This document shows, in pieces, positions 7,463 through 14,864 of a DNA stretch of 15,740 nt. The stretch's first letter is position 1; each line of letters starts with the position of its first letter. The notes under the pieces are model-generated. The model did not search any database, was not told the origin of the DNA, and was given only the letters and a program-made list of their open reading frames with translations. This DNA is from an uncultured Deinococcaceae bacterium (GTDB lineage: Bacteria > Deinococcota > Deinococci > Deinococcales > Deinococcaceae), in NCBI GenBank assembly GCA_964252075.1, contig CAXULY010000073.1, forward strand, positions 1-15,740. Reading direction: 5' to 3'. The translations under genes were made by a program, and so were the position numbers.

Positions 7463-9009
7463 GCCTCACCCCCGGCGTGCTGCAGGGCGGGTGCGACGGT
7501 GTCCTGCGCGCTGCCCTGCGCCATGGCGTGCAGGATCTGGTGTTCCTCAATGGCGTCCCCGGTGAGGCGCGCGACGGTCTGCCCATCGCGCAGCACCGTC
7601 ACCTCGTTGCTGCCCTCGATGAGTTCCTCCAGTTCGCTGGAGATCATCAGGACCCCCAGCCCGCCCTGCGCGAGTTCCCCGATGAGCCGCTGGATTTCCG
7701 CCTTGGCGCCCACGTCAATGCCGCGCGTGGGTTCGTCGAGGATCAGCAGGCGCGGGTTCAGGGCCAGCCAGCGGGCGAGCAGCACCTTCTGCTGGTTCCC
7801 GCCGGACAGCTCGCGGATGGGTTGCGCGGCGTCACTGGTCTTGATGCCGAGCCGCGCGATGAAGCGCTCCACCACCTCGTGCTGCCGCGCGGGGTCCACC
7901 ACGCCCGCCTTCGAGAGGCGCGGCAGCAGGGCCAGCGTGAGGTTCTCGCGCACGCTGAGGTCCGGCACGATGCCCTCGGCCTTGCGGTCCTCGCTGCAGA
8001 AGCCCACGCCCGCCTGGATGGCGTCGGCGGGCGAGCGGAAGTGCGCCGCTTCGCCCGCGAAGCGCAGCTCGCCCGCGTCCGGGCGGTCCGCGCCGAAGAT
8101 CACGCGCGCCAGTTCGCTGCGCCCGCTGCCCAGCAGGCCCGCGAGGCCCAGCACCTCGCCCTGGCGCACCTCGACGTTCGCGCCGCGCAGGCGCGCGCCG
8201 CGCGTGATGCCGCGCGCGCTCAGCAGCGTGTCACCCACCGCGTCGCTGCGCACGAAGCCCGTCTGCGCGCCCTCGTTCTTCAGTTCGCGGCCCAGCATCT
8301 GCTCCACGAGCTGCAGGCGCGTGATGTCCTGCATGCTGCCGGAGAACACCGTGCGCCCGTCGCGCATGACGGTGATGCGGTCGCACACCGCGTACAGCTC
8401 GTCTAGGCGGTGCGACACGAAGATCACGGACACGCCGCGCGCCTTGAGGCTGCGGATCACGCCAAAGAGCGTTTCCACCTCGCGCTCGTTGAGGCTGCTG
8501 GTGGGTTCATCCATAATGACGAGCCGCGCGTTGATGCTCACCGCGCGCGCGAGCGCCACCATCTGCTGCACCGCCGTGGAGTACGTGCCGAGCGGCTGCG
8601 TGACGTCCAGCGTGATGCCAAGGTCGTGCAGGGCGCGCGTCGCGGCGGCGTTCATGGCGCGCCACTGAATGAGCCCGAAGCGGCGCGGCTCGCGGCCCAG
8701 AAAGACGTTCTCCGCGACGGTGCGCAGCGGCACGAGGTTCACTTCCTGGTAGATGGTGGCGATGCCGCCCTGCTGCGCCGCGAGCGGCGAGGCGAAATCC
8801 ACGGCCTCGCCCGCGAAGGTGATGCTGCCGCGGTCGCGTCCGTAGGCGCCGGTCAGCACCTTGATCATGGTGCTTTTGCCCGCGCCGTTCTGGCCGATCA
8901 GGGCGTGCACCTCGCCGGCGCCGACCGTCATGGTGGCGCCGTCCAGTGCCTTCACGCCCGCGAAGGCCTTGTGGATGTCCTGCATGTCGAGCAACGGGGA
9001 AAGCGTCAC
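7459..9009 (-). CDS. Sugar ABC transporter ATP-binding protein, two fused domains (RbsA/YtfR-like)
   Basis: Walker A GQNGAGKST, IMDEPT, degenerate second P-loop GLLGSGRSE, LSGGNQQK, LDEPTRGIDVGAK. Confidence 0.95.
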   Translation of the reverse strand: MTLSPLLDMQDIHKAFAGVKALDGATMTVGAGEVHALIGQNGAGKSTMIKVLTGAYGRDRGSITFAGEAVDFASPLAAQQGGIATIYQEVNLVPLRTVAENVFLGREPRRFGLIQWRAMNAAATRALHDLGITLDVTQPLGTYSTAVQQMVALARAVSINARLVIMDEPTSSLNEREVETLFGVIRSLKARGVSVIFVSHRLDELYAVCDRITVMRDGRTVFSGSMQDITRLQLVEQMLGRELKNEGAQTGFVRSDAVGDTLLSARGITRGARLRGANVEVRQGEVLGLAGLLGSGRSELARVIFGADRPDAGELRFAGEAAHFRSPADAIQAGVGFCSEDRKAEGIVPDLSVRENLTLALLPRLSKAGVVDPARQHEVVERFIARLGIKTSDAAQPIRELSGGNQQKVLLARWLALNPRLLILDEPTRGIDVGAKAEIQRLIGELAQGGLGVLMISSELEELIEGSNEVTVLRDGQTVARLTGDAIEEHQILHAMAQGSAQDTVAPALQHAGGEA

Positions 9010-9132
9010 GCGAAGTCCTCTCTGGGGGTGGGGCCGGTCGGTGTGCGGCCGGGGCGAAACGCCGCGCGGCGCTCAGGGGGTTCGGGTGGGTTTCGCGATC
9101 AGCATAGCCACCCGCAGCGCCCACAAGGTGAA

Positions 9133-9159
9133 GGCGCGCCACGCAAGTCGTGGCGCGCC
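9133..9159 (-). terminator. Intra-operon stem-loop after the binding-protein gene
   Basis: GGCGCGCCACG / CGTGGCGCGCC perfect 11-bp stem, 5-nt loop, 12 nt past the SBP stop. Confidence 0.6.
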
Positions 9160-9171
9160 CCCACCCGCCGA

Positions 9172-10140
9172 TCAGAAGGCGGTCTTGACCAGCTGCGGCG
9201 CGGTCTGCGCGGTGAAGTCGCGGTCCTGGTTGATGACCTTCGCCCCGAACTTCTTGCCCGCCGCGTAGGCCTTGAGGGTCTTGAAGGCCTCCGGGCCGAA
9301 CTTGGGGTTGCACTCCACGATGTAGTTGATCTTGCCGTCCACGATGGCCTGCACGGCCTCGCGCTCGCCGTCAATGGACACCACCATGACGTCCTTGCCG
9401 GGCTTCTTGCCCGCCGCCTCGAGCGCCGCGACGGCGCCCAGGGCCATCTCGTCGTTGTGGGCGTACACGACGTTGACGTCCGGGTGCGCCTGCAGCAGCG
9501 TCTCCATGACCTGGCGGCCCTTGTCGCGCGCAAAGTCGCCGTCCTGGCTCGCCACGATCTTCAGGCCGGGGTACTTGGCGATGGCGTCGTGGAAGCCCTT
9601 CATGCGGTCGGTGGCGGCGCTGGCGCCCGTGGTGCCCTGCAGTTCGATGATGTTCGCCTTGCCTTTGGTGTTCTTCGCAACGAAGTCCGCGACGCGCTGG
9701 CCTTCCTTGATGAAGTCCGAGCCGATGAACGTCACGTAGTCCTGACCGGCCTTCGCGAGGGTCGGGTCGATGTTGCGGTCCAGCAGGATGACGGGGATGC
9801 CCGCCTTGGCGGCCTCACGCACGACGGGCGCGAGCGGCTTGTCCTCGCGCGGCGCGAGGAAGATGGCGTCCACCTTCTGCGCGATCATGCTGCGCACGTC
9901 CGAGACCTGCTTGGCGGTGGAGCCCGCCGCGTCGGTGTACACCAGGGTGTAGCCGAGGCGCTTGGCTTCGGCCTGCATGCTGGCCGTCTCGGCGAGGCGC
10001 CAGGGGTTGTTGCTCTCGGTCTGCGAGAAGCCCACCCGGTAGGTGGCCTTCTGGGGAAGCTTGGGCAGAACGGTCTGCGCCAGCACCGTACCGGTGGCGA
10101 GGGCCAGCGCGACAAAACCGAGTTTCGTTGCTCGTTGCAT
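9172..10140 (-). CDS. Sugar ABC transporter substrate-binding protein (YtfQ-like, periplasmic binding protein type I)
   Basis: Signal peptide MQRATKLGFVALALATGTVLA. VGFSQTESNNPWRLAET resembles the YtfQ N-terminal motif. Also IPVILLDR, YAHNDEMALGA, VVSIDG. GGAGG RBS. Confidence 0.9.
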   Translation of the reverse strand: MQRATKLGFVALALATGTVLAQTVLPKLPQKATYRVGFSQTESNNPWRLAETASMQAEAKRLGYTLVYTDAAGSTAKQVSDVRSMIAQKVDAIFLAPREDKPLAPVVREAAKAGIPVILLDRNIDPTLAKAGQDYVTFIGSDFIKEGQRVADFVAKNTKGKANIIELQGTTGASAATDRMKGFHDAIAKYPGLKIVASQDGDFARDKGRQVMETLLQAHPDVNVVYAHNDEMALGAVAALEAAGKKPGKDVMVVSIDGEREAVQAIVDGKINYIVECNPKFGPEAFKTLKAYAAGKKFGAKVINQDRDFTAQTAPQLVKTAF

Positions 10141-10213
10141 GAACTACCTCCACTGTCAGGGGTTTCGTGAACAGTCCTGCTGGGTGCCCACGCCGATGAA
10201 CCGCCGTCGTGCC

Positions 10214-10234
10214 GATTGACTTGTGATTGATTTG
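10214..10234. promoter_or_regulatory. Tandem direct repeat, candidate operator
   Basis: GATTGACTTG (10214-10223) and GATTGATTTG (10225-10234): 9/10 identical, 11-bp period. Confidence 0.45.
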
Positions 10235-10235
10235 A

Positions 10236-10264
10236 AAGTTATAAAAAAAATGCAAGAAAGTCAA
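10236..10264 (-). promoter_or_regulatory. Putative promoter of the ABC operon
   Basis: Minus strand TTGACT (10264-10259), 17-bp spacer, TAACTT (10241-10236), in the most AT-rich patch of the window. Confidence 0.6.
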
Positions 10265-10434
10265 GATGGATCGGCCAGCGAGAAAAGGCTTCCATGAGCG
10301 GGAAAAACCGTGCGGTGTCTCTCTTTCCTTTTGTCGCAACTCGGTTCTAGACTGTGTCAACTTCATTCGCGGCAATGGCAGCGTTTCACGGGGCCGGACC
10401 GCCCCAGCGCCCGCAAGGGCCTTCAGGAGGCAGC

Positions 10435-11304
10435 ATGACCGTCAGTCAGGAACACCCCAGCAGCACGCCGGCCAGCCAGACCTTCACCTCCACCGAATAC
10501 GACCTCGCCAGCATCATGGGCGCCATCTACGGCGACGGCATCACGGCCCTCAAGGGCGCGTTCTCGCGCGAGTGGGTGCAGGCCCTCGACGAGGACCTCA
10601 AGCGCCTCTACAAGGAAGCGCTCGCGCGCCCCGGCGGCGCGGTGGGGCGCGGCACCAACCGCCACTACGTCGAGATTCACCCCGAGGACATCCGCGGCTT
10701 CGTGGACCTCGTCACGCACCCCTGGGTGATGGCGGTGTGCGAGACGGTGCTCGGCCCGGACTACAAGATCGTGGAGATCGGCTTCGACGTGCCGAACCCC
10801 GGCGCCAAGGACCAGCCGTGGCACCGCGACTTCCGCGCGGGCGGCGCCACCCTCAAGGAGCGCCGCCTGGACTCCCTAGCCTTCAACCTCACCACCGTGG
10901 ATGTCGAGCCGGACATGGGGCCCTTCGAGATCGCGCCCGGCACCCAGTGGGACGACCCCGCCCGCTACGACCACGGCATGTTCCCCCCGAAGGACCTGTA
11001 CGGGCGCTACGAGGCGCGCGCGCAGCGCAAGATGCCGAAGATGGGGGACATCTCGGTGCGCTCGGCCCTCACCATTCACCGCGGCACCGCGAACCACTCC
11101 GACAAGCCGCGCCCCGCGCTGGTGCTCGGCGTGGACGCGCCCGGCGCCGGGCACGACGAATTCCACGACCTGCAGTTCACGCAGGCGTACTACGACGCGC
11201 TGCCGGAGAGCCTGAAGTCGCACCTGCTGTGCCGCGTGGTGCCGGAACTCGAACCCATCGTGCAGGGCCACACCATCGAGGGCCTCATGATGGGAGACGC
11301 CTGA
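10435..11304 (+). CDS. Phytanoyl-CoA dioxygenase (PhyH) family Fe(II)/2-oxoglutarate dioxygenase, 289 aa
   Basis: QPWHRD (HxD), MGPFEIAPGT, GD...IHRGTANHSDKPRP (distal His and 2OG-binding Arg). Start reset to ATG 10435 after AGGAGG. Confidence 0.88.
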   Translation: MTVSQEHPSSTPASQTFTSTEYDLASIMGAIYGDGITALKGAFSREWVQALDEDLKRLYKEALARPGGAVGRGTNRHYVEIHPEDIRGFVDLVTHPWVMAVCETVLGPDYKIVEIGFDVPNPGAKDQPWHRDFRAGGATLKERRLDSLAFNLTTVDVEPDMGPFEIAPGTQWDDPARYDHGMFPPKDLYGRYEARAQRKMPKMGDISVRSALTIHRGTANHSDKPRPALVLGVDAPGAGHDEFHDLQFTQAYYDALPESLKSHLLCRVVPELEPIVQGHTIEGLMMGDA

Positions 11305-11305
11305 C

Positions 11306-11572
11306 GTGACCGGCCTCCCCGACCCGAACAAGGTCACCGCGGAGTTCGGCGGCGCGCAGCACGACGGCCGCATCCTGGCGCTGGAGGGCGGCGGGGGCTT
11401 CATGCGGGTGGAGGTGCAGGGCGCGCCCGCCCTGGCCGCCGGGGACACCGTGGTGCTTGAGATGCACGACGGCGCGCGCTTCCGCGTGACGGTCATCGAG
11501 CCCCTGGAGGGCGGCGCGCAGGCGGACGCGGCAGGCTTCCGCATGAAGCTGCTGGCGAAGGAGCGCGCGTGA
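11306..11572 (+). CDS. Small hypothetical beta-rich protein, 88 aa (possibly PilZ-like fold)
   Basis: Coupled to the phyH stop (TGA-C-GTG). Alternating hydrophobic strands, GRILALEGGGGFMRV and LAAGDTVVLEM. Confidence 0.7.
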   Translation: MTGLPDPNKVTAEFGGAQHDGRILALEGGGGFMRVEVQGAPALAAGDTVVLEMHDGARFRVTVIEPLEGGAQADAAGFRMKLLAKERA

Positions 11573-11593
11573 CGGTGGGCCGGGCGGCGTGAC

Positions 11594-12247
11594 GTGACCG
11601 CGCCCGGCCCACCGGACCTGACGGCGCTGCTGCGCGAGCACCGCCTCATCGCGATCCTGCGGGGCGTGCCCGAGCGGCACGCCCCCACCCTCGCGCGGCA
11701 CCTGCACCGCGCGGGCATCCGGCTGCTGGAGGTGGCCTTCAGTGACGCGCACGGCGAGCCGGGCCTGCGCGCCATCCACGCGGAGTTCGGGCGGGACCTG
11801 CTGCTCGGCGCGGGCACCGTCACGGACCTGGACCGCGCGCGCGCCGCGCAGGCGGCGGGCGCGTCCTTTGTGCTCACGCCGCACGTGGTGCCAGACGTGA
11901 ACGCCTTCGCGGTGGCGCACGGCCTGGGCCTCATCAGCGGCGCCATGACGCCCACCGAGATTCAGGCGGCGCGCGCGCAGGGCAGCGCGGTGGTGAAGCT
12001 CTTCCCGGCGGGCGACCTGGGCGCGGGGTACCTGCGGAGCCTGCTGGGGCCGTACCCGGACCTGCCGCTCCTCGTGGTGGGAAACATCCACGCGGGGAAC
12101 CTCGCGGCGTTCCTGCAGGCGGGCGCGCTCGGTGCGGGCATCGGCAGTTACCTCACGCAGACGGACTGGACCCGCCCGGACTTCGCGCTGCTGGAGGACC
12201 GCGCGCGGGAACTGCTCGCCGCCGCGGGCGTCACCCCCGCGCCATGA
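11594..12247 (+). CDS. dgoA: KDPG/KHG aldolase family protein, likely 2-dehydro-3-deoxy-6-phosphogalactonate aldolase
   Basis: IAILRG, LLEV, GAGTV, GAMTPTEI, VKLFPA (Schiff-base Lys). Adjacent to dgoK. The family call is firm; KDPGal specificity is inferred. Confidence 0.8.
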   Translation: MTAPGPPDLTALLREHRLIAILRGVPERHAPTLARHLHRAGIRLLEVAFSDAHGEPGLRAIHAEFGRDLLLGAGTVTDLDRARAAQAAGASFVLTPHVVPDVNAFAVAHGLGLISGAMTPTEIQAARAQGSAVVKLFPAGDLGAGYLRSLLGPYPDLPLLVVGNIHAGNLAAFLQAGALGAGIGSYLTQTDWTRPDFALLEDRARELLAAAGVTPAP

Positions 12248-13224
12248 CGGACGCGCTGGCCCTCGTGGATTCCGGCACCACCCGCACGCGCCTGCGCGTC
12301 TGGGACGGCGCGCGGGTGCAGGCCAGCTTCACGCGCGAGGTGGGCGCGCGCGACGTGGCGCGCGAGGGCCGCCCGGACGTGCTGCGCGCCGCCGTCAGCG
12401 ACCTGCTCGCGCAGGCGCGGCGCGGGTGGCGGGTGACCGCCGTGGTGTGCTCCGGCATGATCACCTCGGACGTCGGCCTCCTGAACGTCCCGCACGTGCC
12501 TGCCCCGGCGGACGAGCGGGCGCTCGCGCTGCACCTGCGGCGCCTGCCGGACCCGCACGACGCGGACCTCGGCTGGTACTTCATCCCCGGCGTGCGGACG
12601 GGCGGGCCGGACCTCCACTGGGACACCCTGGACCAGGGCGACGTGATGCGCGGCGAGGAGGTGCAGGTGCTGGGCCTGCGCGCCCTCCTGCGGCTCAGCG
12701 GCCCGGCGCTCTTCCTGCACCTCGGCTCGCACCACAAGGCCATCTGGACGGGCGCCGAGCACGAGATCCTGCGGTCCCGGACGGCCCTCACGGGCGAGGT
12801 GCTGGCCGCTACCGCCGAACACACCGTGCTGCGCAGCAGCGTGGGGGCCCTGGACGGCTGGGCGGACCCGGACCCCGAGGTGTGGGCCTCAGGCCTGCGC
12901 GCCAGCCGCGCGCTGGGCTTCGGGCGGGCACTGTTCACGGTCCGGCTGGCGCACCTGACGCTCGGGGCCGACGTGCACGCCCTGCGCTCGTACCTGCTGG
13001 GCGCCGTGTCGGCCCTCACGCTGGACCTGCTGCCCGCGCCCGAGGATGCGCCCCTGCTCTTGCTCGGGGCGCCCGGACTGGCCGAGCGGCTCGCGGCGGA
13101 ACTCAGGCGGCTGGGCTGGCGGGACGTGCGCGTGCTGACCACCCGGCAGACGGAGGACGCGACCGCGCTGGGCGCGCAGCGCATCCTGCACGCGCACCTG
13201 CACGGGAGCGAGCTGCTGCCGTAG
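12244..13224 (+). CDS. dgoK: 2-dehydro-3-deoxygalactonokinase (DgoK family)
   Basis: DSGTTRTR, SGMITS, DVMRGEEVQ, GSHHK, TGEVL motifs. ATGA overlap with the aldolase stop. Confidence 0.88.
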   Translation: MTDALALVDSGTTRTRLRVWDGARVQASFTREVGARDVAREGRPDVLRAAVSDLLAQARRGWRVTAVVCSGMITSDVGLLNVPHVPAPADERALALHLRRLPDPHDADLGWYFIPGVRTGGPDLHWDTLDQGDVMRGEEVQVLGLRALLRLSGPALFLHLGSHHKAIWTGAEHEILRSRTALTGEVLAATAEHTVLRSSVGALDGWADPDPEVWASGLRASRALGFGRALFTVRLAHLTLGADVHALRSYLLGAVSALTLDLLPAPEDAPLLLLGAPGLAERLAAELRRLGWRDVRVLTTRQTEDATALGAQRILHAHLHGSELLP

Positions 13225-13225
13225 C

Positions 13226-13441
13226 ATGGACGGCATGACGCCCGCCGCAGAACTGGAGGGCCTGCTGGCCCGGGCCGCCCGCGCCTGCGGGCTTGACGCG
13301 CTGAACGTGCAGGACGCGCGCGAGGACGACGTGCGGGCCTTCGCGGCGGCGGTGCTGGAGGAACTCGCGGCGCGCGGCCTCGTGCACGGCGAGGACCGCG
13401 CCATCGCCTGCCACGCCCGCCCATCCACGCGCGGGCACTGA
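13226..13441 (+). CDS. Hypothetical protein, 68-71 aa
   Basis: Helical ORF with high-GC3 codons. Start is either ATG 13226 (coupled to the dgoK TAG) or ATG 13235 (7 nt after TAGCAT). Confidence 0.65.
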   Translation: MDGMTPAAELEGLLARAARACGLDALNVQDAREDDVRAFAAAVLEELAARGLVHGEDRAIACHARPSTRGH

Positions 13442-13468
13442 AGACCAGGCGGGGCCGGTCCCGCCCCT

Positions 13469-14842
13469 TCAGCGCGTGCCCTGCGCCTGCGCTTCGCGCG
13501 GCGGGTGCGCGCGCTCCGGGGTGGGCGGCAGCGCCTGGAAATGCAGCGCCGCGCTCAGGCCGCCCAGCGCGGAGGTGCCCAGATGCAGGCGCCCGCCGTG
13601 CTGCTCCGCCACCGCCTGCACCAGCGCGAGGCCCAGGCCCGCCCCCTCGCTGCCCTGCAGACCGCCGCCGCGCTGGAAGGGCTGCACCAGCCGCTCGCGG
13701 TCCGACTCGGGAATGCCGGGGCCGTCGTCCTCCACCATGAGGCGCGCCTCCGCGCCCTCCGTGACGGAGCGAATCCGCACGTGGCCGCCCGCCCGCCCGT
13801 ACCGCAGCGCGTTCTGCACGAGGTTCGTGGCGGCCAGGGACAGCGCGGTGCGGTCCCCGCTGGTCGCGGCGGACGCGAGGTCCAGCTCCACGCGCACGCC
13901 GCGCGACTCGGCGGCCTCCGCGTGCAGCTCAAGGGCTTCGAGCGCCACGTCCGCGAGGTCCACCCGTTCGGGCCGCGCGGGGCCACCCGTGCGCGCCAGC
14001 GCCAGCAGGCGGTCCGCGAGTTTGGTGAGTTCGGTGCTCACGTCGCGCACCTCACCGAGCGCCGCGCGGTAACGGCCGGGGTCCCGCTCGCGCTCCAGGG
14101 TAAGGCTGGCGCGCGCGCGGATCACGGCGAGCGGCGTGCGCAGCTCGTGCGCGGCAGCCATCGCAAAGGCCCGCTCGCGCTCGATGAGGCCCGACAGGCG
14201 GTCCAGCATGCGGTTGAAGGTCGAGGTGAGGCGCGTCATCTCGTCGCGGCCCCTGGCCTGCGGCACGCGCTCCGCGTACCGACCGGAGTCCGCGATGCGC
14301 CCCGCGAGGCGCGTGACGGCGTCCACGGTGCGCAGCGCGCGGTCCGCGAGCAGGTACCCGCCCGCCAGGGACAGCAGCGTCACGAGCGGCGCGATGATCA
14401 GGAAGATGTGCAGCACGCTGCGCACGCTGCTCAGGTACTCGTTCTCGGGACGGAAGGCCTGAATCCACACGCCGTTCGTGGCGCGCGCCGTGAGCACGCG
14501 GTACCCACTGATGCTCGCGAAGCCGCGCTTGAGGGGCGCGACGACGGGCGGGTCGCCACCCTGCAGTTTCCCGGCCGGGTCGAAACTCACCATGATGGCG
14601 AGGCCCGGCGGCTTCACGCGCCGCACCGACCCCGGCGGCGGCTCGGCGCGCTGGAAGTCGCGCGGGAAGGCGGCGCGCCGCACCTCCTCGTCCACCCGCC
14701 AGTTCACCTGCGCGCTCAGACCGTCGTTCAGGATGCGGTTCAGGGTGGCGCGCACCGCGAGGAACAACCCCAGGAACGTCACGACGATCATGACGGCCGC
14801 GACCGTGCAGCTCAGCAGCGCCAGCCGCCAGCGCAGGCTCAC
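13469..14842 (-). CDS. Two-component sensor histidine kinase (2 TM, HAMP, HisKA, HATPase)
   Basis: DEMTRLTSTFNRML (HAMP), AAHELRTPL (H box), NLVQNALRY, DDGPGI, GAGLGLA. Confidence 0.95.
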   Translation of the reverse strand: MSLRWRLALLSCTVAAVMIVVTFLGLFLAVRATLNRILNDGLSAQVNWRVDEEVRRAAFPRDFQRAEPPPGSVRRVKPPGLAIMVSFDPAGKLQGGDPPVVAPLKRGFASISGYRVLTARATNGVWIQAFRPENEYLSSVRSVLHIFLIIAPLVTLLSLAGGYLLADRALRTVDAVTRLAGRIADSGRYAERVPQARGRDEMTRLTSTFNRMLDRLSGLIERERAFAMAAAHELRTPLAVIRARASLTLERERDPGRYRAALGEVRDVSTELTKLADRLLALARTGGPARPERVDLADVALEALELHAEAAESRGVRVELDLASAATSGDRTALSLAATNLVQNALRYGRAGGHVRIRSVTEGAEARLMVEDDGPGIPESDRERLVQPFQRGGGLQGSEGAGLGLALVQAVAEQHGGRLHLGTSALGGLSAALHFQALPPTPERAHPPREAQAQGTR

Positions 14843-14864
14843 GCGCCCCTCCCCTCACCGCGCG

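Noticed and set aside
10354..10434. Longer phyH start at GTG 10354
   Set aside because: No SD there and an unstructured extension, whereas ATG 10435 follows a perfect AGGAGG.
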